Virus record (IMG/VR): IMGVR_UViG_3300006735_000022
Coordinates: 20,936-84,935 of that record
DNA from: a virus
Reading direction: 5' to 3' (one strand)
Length of the DNA stretch: 64,000 bases
Shown here: piece after piece, positions 35,943 through 45,224 of the stretch
Position numbering within the stretch: position 1 is the first letter of the stretch
Layout of the letters: every line of letters begins with the position of its first letter
Position numbers and translations under genes: made by a program
Notes under the pieces: model-generated
Database searches by the model: none
What the model saw: the letters and a program-made list of their open reading frames with translations, nothing else
Told to the model about the DNA's origin: nothing

Positions 35943-38431
35943 TTTTCTATACGTGCATCACCAACGGATACGACTCAGTTCCTGACGCATATGTTGAGGA
36001 TGGTTGTAGGTATGTTCTGTTCCATGATGGAAGCATCCCTACAACCAAGGGACCGTGGGAGTATGTGCATTTAGAAGATATTGATATGGAGGAACAACTT
36101 CCTGACTGCCCTGTCAGGAAATCATATCTCCTCAAGCACAGACCTAATTTATATTTCACTAGAGCGATAGACTTTACCGTATGGGTAGACGCCTCATATA
36201 ATATCACCAAAGAGTTGGTAGATTATAGTAAAAAAGTACAAGAGACTGGTGCTTGTGTTGTACTTCAAGATCATCCTGAACCAAGGAGTTTGTTAGAGGA
36301 GTTCAACAAATTATATGCTGATGGATTTTCCAGTGCAGATGAGATACTCCGCATGTCAGAGGCAATGCTGTATGGCAGAAATCCATACCCAAAAAAGAAT
36401 TATAAGCAGTCCATCAACTGTGTCATCTGGAGGCATAACCTCAATGAGACTAGGAAGTGGAATGATGCGTGGGCATCATGGTATGAAAGAGGTGTCAACA
36501 GAGATCAGATCTCTAGTGAGGTAGCAAGTCATGAGACTGGTCTAGTCACAGGTCGTGTACCTATGCAGGTGAGTCTTGATAACACTAATAGAACTAAAAC
36601 ATATGATGAGTCTTATGAGATCAATAAACCATCTAACAAAGAAGTATTAGATTTTCAGGAGAGACTGACTGTACTGTGGGATAAAGATATATCCTCAGCA
36701 AAACTGAAAGCAGCAACACCTACTCTACCTCATGAGTTTGGTGATCCCATATCTCCTAGTGATTTGTATGTGTATACATGCATCACCAATGAATATGATT
36801 GTCCACAGCACGAATATTTCGATTCGGATGCACGTTACTTCTTATTTCATGATGGTTCTATTGAGGTCCCTGATGGATGCCTAGACAGTAAGACTAGGGG
36901 TCGGTGGAATTATGTTGACGTGTCCCACCTGGGTATTGATAACCCAAGGGAGTTGGCATTCTATGTCAAAGCAAATCCCCATGAGTTTTTTCCACCTGAT
37001 TCTTATACAGTATGGATTGATGGTTCATTCAATCACACCAAGGATTTTATTGACAACTCCCTGTCATGTTTTCCATTCTCTGCACTACATCATGGAGGTG
37101 ACTTCACGTTCTATGATGAGTTGCTGGAAGGATTTACATGTGCTTTCTACTCCTATAGTAATGCAATCAATTACCTCCAAGCATTGAAGAATAGGGGTTA
37201 CGATTTCACAAAGTATTCTAGTCCTCAGTGCAGTGCTATCTGGAGACAGATGACACCAGAGATTATTGAGTTCAATAAGAGGTGGTACGAGGAAGGAACT
37301 CAGATAAACAGGGACACCATTCCATTTGATGCTGCCATACAATCCACTGGATTGACACCTAGATTTTATGACGACAGAGATGATTGTGGAATTGAATTTG
37401 GATTCAACAATAAAAAGAATCGACTGAAGAAGCATGAGCAACTGGGTGATAAAGAACAATACAAAAAGGTAGACCAGTTCCTCAAGGATTGTGATCAGGT
37501 CACAGGACTGAATGCCAAATTAGATGTTAGGTATAAACTTCATGAGTTTTACATGAAGTATTATGGTATTGGTGGTGACTTAGGATTGTCATTCAATTCA
37601 TATCCATACCAGCAGGGTGTACGTGTTCCTAAGGAGTACGTGGTTATCTACACTGCTATTACCAACGGTCATGATGAGATACCTGAGAAGAATTATTATG
37701 ATCCTAACATCAGGTATGTTTGTTTCCATGATGGTACCATTGACACCACCAAAGGACCGTGGGAGTACATCAAATTAGATTTACCTATCGATGACCCACG
37801 TGATCTAGCATTTTATCCTAAGTGTAATCCACATGAGTTCTTCCCCTTGGGAACCTATACTGTGTGGGTGGATGGTTGCTTTGTACATACCAGAGAGTTT
37901 GTGGAGAAGAGTTTGTACTCCTTCCCCTTCACTACACTCAGGAACATTAGTAAGTTCTCATACTATGATGAGTTGCTGGAAGGATTTACATGTGCATTCT
38001 TCCCCTACGATGGTGCTATCAAGTTGACTGAGGCACTGTCTAATACAAACTATAAGTTCAGCAATTACTCTAGTCCTCAGTGCTCTATAGTGTGGAGATA
38101 TCTGTATGATGACACGGTAAAATTCAATAAAGAGTGGTATAATTGGAGTCAACAGGGGATCAATAGAGATAGCATCCCATTTGATGCTGCCATGCATATG
38201 ACAGGTCTCAAACCACTGTTCTATGAGAATAGATCTGACTCTGGAATCAAGATGGGGTTCCAACATAAGGTCGGAAGGATCAAAAAGCATCCTCAACATG
38301 GTGACAAAAAACAATACACCTATGTGGATCAGTTCATCAAAGATCTAGAACGCATTACTAAACTAAAACCACTCCTGTATATCAAGTACAAGTTTCATGA
38401 GTTCTACATGAAACACTACGATATTATATGA
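35939..38431 (+). CDS. triple DUF616 (TOD1/MUCI70-like) glycosyltransferase fusion
   Basis: Three repeats each beginning YT(C/A)ITNxxD with W(I/V)D(G/A), (I/V)WR and NRD motifs; domains start near 35939, 36764 and 37640. Confidence 0.75.
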   Translation: MIFYTCITNGYDSVPDAYVEDGCRYVLFHDGSIPTTKGPWEYVHLEDIDMEEQLPDCPVRKSYLLKHRPNLYFTRAIDFTVWVDASYNITKELVDYSKKVQETGACVVLQDHPEPRSLLEEFNKLYADGFSSADEILRMSEAMLYGRNPYPKKNYKQSINCVIWRHNLNETRKWNDAWASWYERGVNRDQISSEVASHETGLVTGRVPMQVSLDNTNRTKTYDESYEINKPSNKEVLDFQERLTVLWDKDISSAKLKAATPTLPHEFGDPISPSDLYVYTCITNEYDCPQHEYFDSDARYFLFHDGSIEVPDGCLDSKTRGRWNYVDVSHLGIDNPRELAFYVKANPHEFFPPDSYTVWIDGSFNHTKDFIDNSLSCFPFSALHHGGDFTFYDELLEGFTCAFYSYSNAINYLQALKNRGYDFTKYSSPQCSAIWRQMTPEIIEFNKRWYEEGTQINRDTIPFDAAIQSTGLTPRFYDDRDDCGIEFGFNNKKNRLKKHEQLGDKEQYKKVDQFLKDCDQVTGLNAKLDVRYKLHEFYMKYYGIGGDLGLSFNSYPYQQGVRVPKEYVVIYTAITNGHDEIPEKNYYDPNIRYVCFHDGTIDTTKGPWEYIKLDLPIDDPRDLAFYPKCNPHEFFPLGTYTVWVDGCFVHTREFVEKSLYSFPFTTLRNISKFSYYDELLEGFTCAFFPYDGAIKLTEALSNTNYKFSNYSSPQCSIVWRYLYDDTVKFNKEWYNWSQQGINRDSIPFDAAMHMTGLKPLFYENRSDSGIKMGFQHKVGRIKKHPQHGDKKQYTYVDQFIKDLERITKLKPLLYIKYKFHEFYMKHYDII

Positions 38432-39375
38432 TCCTCTACACTGCTATCACTAACGGATACTTTCAGTTACCACCCAATACTACTGGTAGAAAGTTCATCT
38501 GTTTCCATGATGGCAGTGTAAATCAGCAGGAGGGGTGGGAGTTGAGATACATTCCTGGGTTCTCTTCTTGCCCAGTCAGGATGTCACGTCTTGTCAAAAT
38601 GCAATGTCCTTTTGACGAACCCAATGTTTATATTGATGCATCCAAACTCCACACCTTGAATGAAAAATTCTTTGAGGTTAGTGAGTACATCTTATCGATG
38701 GATAAGTTTGTTGTCATGGAACATCCTCATAAGCACAGGTACCTTGAGGAATGTGCTGAGTATGTGTGCCGTGGACTGGTTCCCTTTGAACAGATCTATG
38801 ACTTCACAGTTGCTGCTAAAGAGGTAGGATTCAACTTCAAAGATTATTCATCACCTCTCTGTACAGTTATTTGGAGAAGAGGTAAAGAAAAGTTTGATGA
38901 ACTTTGGTGGCAGTGGTATTCTAAGGGTGGTAAAAGAGATCAACTCTCCTTTGCAGTGTCACTAGAGCAGTCTAGGATCGCCTACGAGACCATCCCCGCC
39001 CGTGACCTGATCAATGTATGGTCGGATGCATCTGAGGGTGGTTCCTGGTGGTTGAACAAGGGTGGTAGGTATGGTGCTAGGTTCCATTCCAATCCTGAAT
39101 GGGCAGTTGATATATTATGCGAACTTACAGGACTGGAAAAGAACTCTAGAAACTATCGCTGTGCAGTTCAGAGAGAGGAAGGTCAACCTCTACGCTGGTT
39201 GTTCGGTGATATGTCTGATGACTTCGACTATAAGTATAGGGGGATTGAAATTATGAATCCCTTCCACAGTCTTCTCTGGTATACAAACCGAGACACTGGT
39301 GTTATGCGAAGACCTCCACGAACAATTAGATCACACTTCGACGATCCTTTCTTTTTCCCACAAAATTCATCATGA
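38428..39375 (+). CDS. DUF616 (TOD1/MUCI70-like) glycosyltransferase
   Basis: YTAITNGY, YIDAS, HPHKH, IWRR, RDQLSF. Confidence 0.72.
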   Translation: MILYTAITNGYFQLPPNTTGRKFICFHDGSVNQQEGWELRYIPGFSSCPVRMSRLVKMQCPFDEPNVYIDASKLHTLNEKFFEVSEYILSMDKFVVMEHPHKHRYLEECAEYVCRGLVPFEQIYDFTVAAKEVGFNFKDYSSPLCTVIWRRGKEKFDELWWQWYSKGGKRDQLSFAVSLEQSRIAYETIPARDLINVWSDASEGGSWWLNKGGRYGARFHSNPEWAVDILCELTGLEKNSRNYRCAVQREEGQPLRWLFGDMSDDFDYKYRGIEIMNPFHSLLWYTNRDTGVMRRPPRTIRSHFDDPFFFPQNSS

Positions 39376-40187
39376 TTATCTACACCTGTGTCACAAACGG
39401 ATATGACAAGTTTGCTGACGAGCACTACTATGACCCTACTGTTAGGTATATTGCTTTTACAGATGGTACTGTTGATGTACCGGAGCAATGGGAAGAGTAC
39501 CCAATCAAGGTAGAGCATGAGTGTCCTCGGAGACTGTCTGCTCACCCCAAAATATGTCCCCACCTTTACTTTGACATGGGTGAGGCAGTGGTATGGATTG
39601 ATGGGTGCTATGTAATCACCAAAGAGTTTGTAGACACATCTAAAAGTATCCTGAGTCGTAGCAACCAGACTCATATGATTCATCCTTGTCGCTTCAATTT
39701 TGTTGAGGAAGTGATGGAAGGTTACGTGTCCTCATTCAACACCAAGGAACAGATGGTGGAGATCATGGAGGTATTGAAGGAAGCAAACTATAACTTCAAA
39801 GACTATTGCAGTCCTGTACTAGCATCAATTTGGAGACGTATTACTCCTGAGATCAGTAAGTTTGGTGACATGTGGTGGAAGTATTCTTTGATTGGTCCTA
39901 ACCGTGACCAGATTTCCTTTGACACCGCACGTCAGTTGACTCACCTGCAATGGAATACAATCAAACATCCAGCACAGAACCACTGGCCTGAGGTTGGTAT
40001 TGATTTCGACCACCGTACAGGTAAGAAGAACCGTCTGGGTAAGCACCCACAGGCAGGAGACCTGGAGCAGTACAAGCGTGAGGATGAGATGCTGAAGGAG
40101 ATCCGTAGGTGCACTCGTTTGATTCCAAGGTTGTACTACAAGCACAACTTCCAGTCAATGATTGATGCAAACGTATTGAACCGATGA
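39372..40187 (+). CDS. DUF616 (TOD1/MUCI70-like) glycosyltransferase
   Basis: YTCVTNGYD, WIDG, HPCR, IWRR, RDQISF. Confidence 0.75.
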   Translation: MIIYTCVTNGYDKFADEHYYDPTVRYIAFTDGTVDVPEQWEEYPIKVEHECPRRLSAHPKICPHLYFDMGEAVVWIDGCYVITKEFVDTSKSILSRSNQTHMIHPCRFNFVEEVMEGYVSSFNTKEQMVEIMEVLKEANYNFKDYCSPVLASIWRRITPEISKFGDMWWKYSLIGPNRDQISFDTARQLTHLQWNTIKHPAQNHWPEVGIDFDHRTGKKNRLGKHPQAGDLEQYKREDEMLKEIRRCTRLIPRLYYKHNFQSMIDANVLNR

Positions 40188-41044
40188 TTATCTACTCTTG
40201 CATCACCAACGGATACGATGAGATCCCGGACGAGAATTACTACGATCCGGATGTCAAGTATGTGATGTTTGCTGATGATACTGTTGAAAGGAAAGGACCA
40301 TGGGAGTTCCGAGAGATCCCATGTGATCATCCCTGTCCTCGTATCCGTTCTTCCTACGTCAAGATCAACCCCCATAAGGTATTTGATGAGGGTGAGGAGG
40401 TTGTTTGGATTGATGGTTGCTACATCATGAACAAACAATATGTGGAGAACTGTAAGAGATACTTCGAGGAGAGTTCTTTCACAGTCATCCGTCATGTGAA
40501 TCGTTACTCATACTATGACGAGATCCTGGAGGGTTTTATGTCCTCCATGAATACTAAGGAACAGCAACTAGAGATTACCCGAGTCCTGAAGTGGATGAAC
40601 TATGACTTCAAGAAGTACAGCAGTCCTGTGCTGGGATCTATCTGGCGTCGCCTAGAAAACTATGAAGAGTTTGGTGATCTGTGGTGGAAGTATGCACAGA
40701 TTGGACCCAACCGAGATCAGATTTCCTTTGATGCTGCCAAGCAGTTCACCAATAAGCAGATGACTTTCATCGAGGACGGGTGGCATGAGGTATGGAGAGA
40801 CCAGAGGGGGAAGTATTTGCATCGACCAGGCAGTTGTGGTATACTTTTTGGGCAACAGGGAAAGAAGTATCGTCGCAAACGTCATCCACAAGCAGGTCAT
40901 CAGACTCAGTGGAGAGAGCGACGTGCTATCCTTGAAGAACTTAGAGAGATCACTGGGTTGCACCCCTTTGTGTTTGCAAAGCATGATCACTCGGAGTTTG
41001 TCGAACGTAATGTGATTGCTCCTACTTTGCCTTTACAAAGATGA
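40184..41044 (+). CDS. DUF616 (TOD1/MUCI70-like) glycosyltransferase
   Basis: YSCITNGYD, WIDG, IWRR, RDQISF. Confidence 0.75.
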   Translation: MIIYSCITNGYDEIPDENYYDPDVKYVMFADDTVERKGPWEFREIPCDHPCPRIRSSYVKINPHKVFDEGEEVVWIDGCYIMNKQYVENCKRYFEESSFTVIRHVNRYSYYDEILEGFMSSMNTKEQQLEITRVLKWMNYDFKKYSSPVLGSIWRRLENYEEFGDLWWKYAQIGPNRDQISFDAAKQFTNKQMTFIEDGWHEVWRDQRGKYLHRPGSCGILFGQQGKKYRRKRHPQAGHQTQWRERRAILEELREITGLHPFVFAKHDHSEFVERNVIAPTLPLQR

Positions 41045-41094
41045 GAATTTATGTTACGATAAATAAATCACGGTGTGGATTTCCACACTTTCTG

Positions 41095-41200
41095 TCGCCT
41101 CACCGAGACTAAACAGCGACACTAAACAACAGTCTCTCATACCTCACCTGGAGGGTAGGTGAGGAATAATTTACCGGTGTTCCCCGCACTAATACATAAC
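41095..41200 (+). ncRNA. PhotoRC-II-like cis-regulatory RNA in the psbA leader
   Basis: CCGAGAC...GTCTCTCATACC, then stem CCTCACCT-GGAGGGT-AGGTGAGG followed by AATA, upstream of psbA; matches the recalled motif layout; boundaries approximate. Confidence 0.7.
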
Positions 41201-41209
41201 CCTTTTTCA

Positions 41210-42286
41210 ATGTCCGCTACTATCTCACGCTCCCGCCAATCAGGTTGGGAATCTTTCTGTGAGTGGACCACCAGCACAAATAACCGCCTCTATGTTGGTT
41301 GGTTTGGTGTGTTGATGATCCCCACACTCCTTGCAGCAGTTACCTGCTTCATCGTTGCCTTCGTGGCAGCACCTCCCGTCGATATCGACGGCATCCGTGA
41401 ACCCGTTGCTGGTTCACTGATCTATGGTAACAACATCATCTCTGGTGCTGTTGTTCCTTCTAGCAACGCAATCGGTCTGCACTTCTATCCCATTTGGGAA
41501 GCCGCTTCGCTTGACGAGTGGCTCTACAACGGTGGTCCTTACCAGCTCGTTGTCTTCCACTTCCTCATTGGCATCTTCTGCTATATGGGTCGTGAGTGGG
41601 AACTGTCCTACCGCCTCGGCATGCGCCCTTGGATCTGTGTTGCTTACTCCGCTCCCGTCGCTGCCGCATCGGCAGTCTTCCTTGTTTATCCTTTTGGACA
41701 AGGTTCTTTTAGTGACGGTATGCCTCTTGGTATTTCTGGCACATTCAATTTCATGCTGGTCTTCCAGGCTGAGCATAATATCCTTATGCATCCGTTCCAC
41801 ATGCTCGGTGTTGCTGGGGTATTCGGTGGATCTCTTTTCTCTGCTATGCATGGAAGTCTCGTTACTTCCTCGCTTGTACGTGAAACCACTGAGAGTGAGT
41901 CCCAGAACTACGGTTACAAGTTTGGTCAAGAAGAGGAGACCTACAACATCGTTGCTGCCCACGGGTACTTCGGTCGTTTGATCTTCCAGTACGCGAGTTT
42001 CAACAACTCACGTTCACTGCACTTCTTCCTGGCTGCCTGGCCCGTTGTCGGCATCTGGTTCACCGCCCTTGGCGTGTCAACCATGGCCTTCAACCTGAAC
42101 GGTTTCAACTTCAACCAGTCCATCCTTGATGGTCAGGGCCGTGTGCTCAACACTTGGGCAGACGTTCTGAACCGCGCCAACCTGGGTATGGAAGTTATGC
42201 ATGAGCGTAACGCCCACAACTTCCCGCTCGACCTGGCTGCTGCTGAGTCAACTCCTGTTGCACTCCAAGCTCCCGCCATCGGTTGA
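41210..42286 (+). CDS. psbA: photosystem II D1 protein
   Basis: [30 protein letters not shown]; uninterrupted. Confidence 0.99.
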   Translation: MSATISRSRQSGWESFCEWTTSTNNRLYVGWFGVLMIPTLLAAVTCFIVAFVAAPPVDIDGIREPVAGSLIYGNNIISGAVVPSSNAIGLHFYPIWEAASLDEWLYNGGPYQLVVFHFLIGIFCYMGREWELSYRLGMRPWICVAYSAPVAAASAVFLVYPFGQGSFSDGMPLGISGTFNFMLVFQAEHNILMHPFHMLGVAGVFGGSLFSAMHGSLVTSSLVRETTESESQNYGYKFGQEEETYNIVAAHGYFGRLIFQYASFNNSRSLHFFLAAWPVVGIWFTALGVSTMAFNLNGFNFNQSILDGQGRVLNTWADVLNRANLGMEVMHERNAHNFPLDLAAAESTPVALQAPAIG

Positions 42287-42305
42287 TCTAAAACGTTATA
42301 ATATT

Positions 42306-42328
42306 GGGGTCTTCGGACCCCCTTTTTC
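42306..42328 (+). terminator. rho-independent terminator after psbA
   Basis: GGGGTC-TTCG-GACCCC followed by CTTTTT. Confidence 0.85.
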
Positions 42329-42613
42329 ATGAACAATCGTCGCAACATCCTTAGGCACTTGAAAGAACAGTGCATGATCAAGATCACAAGTCTTGACAAA
42401 CAACTGGTCAAACTTCTTGACCATACTACTCTGCCACCTCACGTGGCAGCAGTGACACCTAACGCTGTTGATGCTGAAGTAGTTGACAAAGTTCAATCAC
42501 TTATGGATCAAATCAGTAGGTACGAAGATCGCCTCAATCTAATTGAGACATATGATCTGGACTCACTGAAGGAACACGACGATCTTTTGAATTACGACAC
42601 TTATAGTAAGTAA
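42329..42613 (+). CDS. hypothetical coiled-coil protein between psbA and psbD
   Basis: 94-aa ORF filling the gap. Confidence 0.6.
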   Translation: MNNRRNILRHLKEQCMIKITSLDKQLVKLLDHTTLPPHVAAVTPNAVDAEVVDKVQSLMDQISRYEDRLNLIETYDLDSLKEHDDLLNYDTYSK

Positions 42614-42614
42614 C

Positions 42615-43670
42615 ATGGTAGCCTCAACTCTTCAACAACAACGAAGGGGATGGTTTGATGTTTTAGATGACTGGTTGAAACGGGACAGGTTTGTTTTCGT
42701 TGGCTGGTCCGGCATCCTGCTCTTCCCAACTGCCTATCTGGCAATCGGTGGCTGGCTTACAGGCACCACCTTTGTTACCTCCTGGTACACACACGGACTC
42801 GCGTCCTCATACCTGGAAGGTGCTAACTTTTTGACCGCTGCTGTCTCCACTCCTGGAGATGCCATGGGTCACAGTCTCATGCTCCTCTGGGGACCTGAGG
42901 CACAAGGAAGTTTCGTCCGCTGGTGTCAACTGGGTGGACTCTGGAACTTCGTTGCACTGCATGGTGCTTTTGCACTTATCGGATTCATGCTCCGACAGTT
43001 TGAAATCGCACGACTCGTAGGAATTAGACCGTACAATGCTATTGCTTTCAGTGGTCCTATTGCTGTTTTTGTCAGTGTATTTCTCATCTATCCTCTGGGA
43101 CAGTCGTCCTGGTTCTTCGCGCCATCGTTCGGTGTCGCCGCGATCTTTAGGTTCCTTCTCTTCCTTCAAGGCTTTCATAACTGGACGCTGAACCCCTTCC
43201 ACATGATGGGTGTTGCAGGTATCCTTGGCGGTGCCTTGCTGTGTGCTATTCATGGTGCTACAGTAGAGAACACGCTCTTTGAGGATGGAGAACAAGCAAA
43301 CACATTCAAAGCATTTGAACCAACCCAAGAAGAAGAAACCTATTCTATGGTCACAGCCAATAGATTCTGGTCGCAAATCTTCGGCGTTGCGTTTAGCAAT
43401 AAGCGTTGGTTGCATTTCTTTATGCTATTTGTCCCCGTTATGGGCCTTTGGACCGCTTCCATTGGCATCATTGGTCTTGCTCTCAATCTTCGCGCTTACG
43501 ATTTTGTGAGTCAGGAGATCAGGGCAGCAGAAGACCCCGAGTTTGAAACGTTCTACACTAAGAACATTCTACTCAACGAAGGACTCCGTGCTTGGTTGGC
43601 ACCTGCTGACCAACCCCATGAGGACTTTGTATTCCCTGAGGAAGTTCTTCCTAGGGGTAATGCACTCTGA
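42615..43670 (+). CDS. psbD: photosystem II D2 protein
   Basis: [31 protein letters not shown]. Confidence 0.99.
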   Translation: MVASTLQQQRRGWFDVLDDWLKRDRFVFVGWSGILLFPTAYLAIGGWLTGTTFVTSWYTHGLASSYLEGANFLTAAVSTPGDAMGHSLMLLWGPEAQGSFVRWCQLGGLWNFVALHGAFALIGFMLRQFEIARLVGIRPYNAIAFSGPIAVFVSVFLIYPLGQSSWFFAPSFGVAAIFRFLLFLQGFHNWTLNPFHMMGVAGILGGALLCAIHGATVENTLFEDGEQANTFKAFEPTQEEETYSMVTANRFWSQIFGVAFSNKRWLHFFMLFVPVMGLWTASIGIIGLALNLRAYDFVSQEIRAAEDPEFETFYTKNILLNEGLRAWLAPADQPHEDFVFPEEVLPRGNAL

Positions 43671-43782
43671 TCATGAACCAAACGGTGAGAGTTCTACCAT
43701 GAAGCAATTGATAATTGCTTGCTCAGTATTACTGGTCTTTGCAATTATCTGTTTCTTGGTTATGCTTCTAGGTATGTTATGA
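43660..43782 (+). CDS. small single-TM protein (40 aa)
   Basis: [40 protein letters not shown]. Confidence 0.5.
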   Translation: MHSDHEPNGESSTMKQLIIACSVLLVFAIICFLVMLLGML

Positions 43783-43809
43783 TACATAGTATTAGTAACT
43801 AAGTATCTT

Positions 43810-44037
43810 ATGGCATGCGATCTACGAGCTGATATTATTGATGCTTTGGTTCAAGATGCCACCGGCAACATCAAGAAAGCAAAGATGAACATCGAAGTTT
43901 ACTTGCATAATCCGGTTGGTATTGGTGAACATCCTGATGTTCTGGGTGCTATTCAAGAGCAACTTGATATCATTGCTCATGAAGAAGAAAGGATTGAAGT
44001 TCTTTCTAAGTATTTCTCAGAACACAAGCATAAATAG
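43810..44037 (+). CDS. conserved cyanophage hypothetical protein
   Basis: NIEVYLHNPVGIGEHPDV motif. Confidence 0.7.
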   Translation: MACDLRADIIDALVQDATGNIKKAKMNIEVYLHNPVGIGEHPDVLGAIQEQLDIIAHEEERIEVLSKYFSEHKHK

Positions 44038-44040
44038 TAC

Positions 44041-44120
44041 GAATATCGTCGCCGCTACGGTCCTGGCAAAACCCAGAAGACTGTGCTATACTAGGGAGGT
44101 CTAACGACCTCCCTATTTTT
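44041..44120 (+). ncRNA. candidate late small structured RNA ending in a terminator
   Basis: ATAAATA (44030), then ATATCGTCGCCGC, stem ACGGTC-CTGG-caaaac-CCAG-aa-GACTGT, then TAGGGAGGTC-taac-GACCTCCCTA-TTTTT. Confidence 0.5.
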
Positions 44121-44828
44121 ATGCTCAAATTTATTCTGGCAGGTCTCTTGATGGGATCTACTACCCTTCCTGCCAAAGCACATCATCATATTGAAAATCC
44201 TCCTGCAGGTGAACTCGGTAAGATTGTCAAAGGTTATAAAACATATGATTCTCTGGGTTGCATGCTCCTTGGTGAGTGCACCTCAGGTGTAGAAGAAGTT
44301 CATAGTCTGCTTGATGTTTCTACCAAGTATGAAAACTTCGAGGACTTCACATCAGTTGCACATGAGTTCAACATGATGTTGATGGCATTGAATCAGGTCG
44401 GTAGCAAAGTGTTTCTGGCAGACGAAAAGTATTTCCCCGTGGGACATCGTGGTGTATACCATACGGTCAGCAACAACATGTTCCTGAACAAGTCATACAT
44501 GCATCATCCTCATGTACTGATGAGTGTCATGCGTCATGAAGGATGGCATGCAGCACAGGATTGTATGGCAGGCACCATTGATAATAGTATGATTGCTATC
44601 ATCATGGATGAGGATAAGGTTCCTCAGATTTGGCAGGACATTGCTACAAAAACATATCAATTCCAACCATCTGCTATTCCATGGGAGAAGGAAGCATTCT
44701 GGGCAGGTAAGACTCAAGGAATGACTATGAAAGCACTGATGGCATGTGCTGCTGGTGATATGTGGGAGGTCTATGAACCAACCCCCATGACCCGTGAGTG
44801 GTTGGAGGAGAAAGGTTACATCAAATGA
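44121..44828 (+). CDS. secreted zincin-like metalloprotease
   Basis: Signal peptide; VMRHEGWHAAQ (HExxH) with downstream WEKEA glutamate. Confidence 0.65.
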   Translation: MLKFILAGLLMGSTTLPAKAHHHIENPPAGELGKIVKGYKTYDSLGCMLLGECTSGVEEVHSLLDVSTKYENFEDFTSVAHEFNMMLMALNQVGSKVFLADEKYFPVGHRGVYHTVSNNMFLNKSYMHHPHVLMSVMRHEGWHAAQDCMAGTIDNSMIAIIMDEDKVPQIWQDIATKTYQFQPSAIPWEKEAFWAGKTQGMTMKALMACAAGDMWEVYEPTPMTREWLEEKGYIK

Positions 44829-45097
44829 GAAAACTCTTTGAGATTTGGAAGTATTCATTAGGAAGTTTCTCTGATGACAAAACAGCAGAGTACGATAACT
44901 ACGTGGTTATCGTACGGACTATTCTATTTCTCAGTGTTTTTTGCACTAACCTGTATATTGTTAGCGGAGTAGTCCGCCACTGGAATGATGGTCAGAACAG
45001 TCAAGTGGTTATCCGCGAGCATTATTTTGGTCGCCATGGTTTTTCATGTGATGGGGTGGACACCATGGAACAGCATTCTCCAACTGCTAGGCGCTAG
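44825..45097 (+). CDS. hypothetical membrane protein
   Basis: IWKYSLGSFSDDKT..YDN..VRT motif; 3' part overlaps the next gene. Confidence 0.5.
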   Translation: MRKLFEIWKYSLGSFSDDKTAEYDNYVVIVRTILFLSVFCTNLYIVSGVVRHWNDGQNSQVVIREHYFGRHGFSCDGVDTMEQHSPTARR

Positions 45098-45206
45098 TGG
45101 TTGGACTTACGTAGGTTTCAAGTGGAGGGAACGTGCTATCATCATGAACTTCCTTCCTCAATTTTTTATCATCATTCCTGGTCTCATTTACCTGCTCTCT
45201 AAATAG
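44985..45206 (+). CDS. small three-TM membrane protein
   Basis: KWLSASIIL...PWN...GWTYVGFKWRERAIIMN. Confidence 0.6.
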   Translation: MMVRTVKWLSASIILVAMVFHVMGWTPWNSILQLLGASGWTYVGFKWRERAIIMNFLPQFFIIIPGLIYLLSK

Positions 45207-45224
45207 GGCAGGTCTTTTTATATT

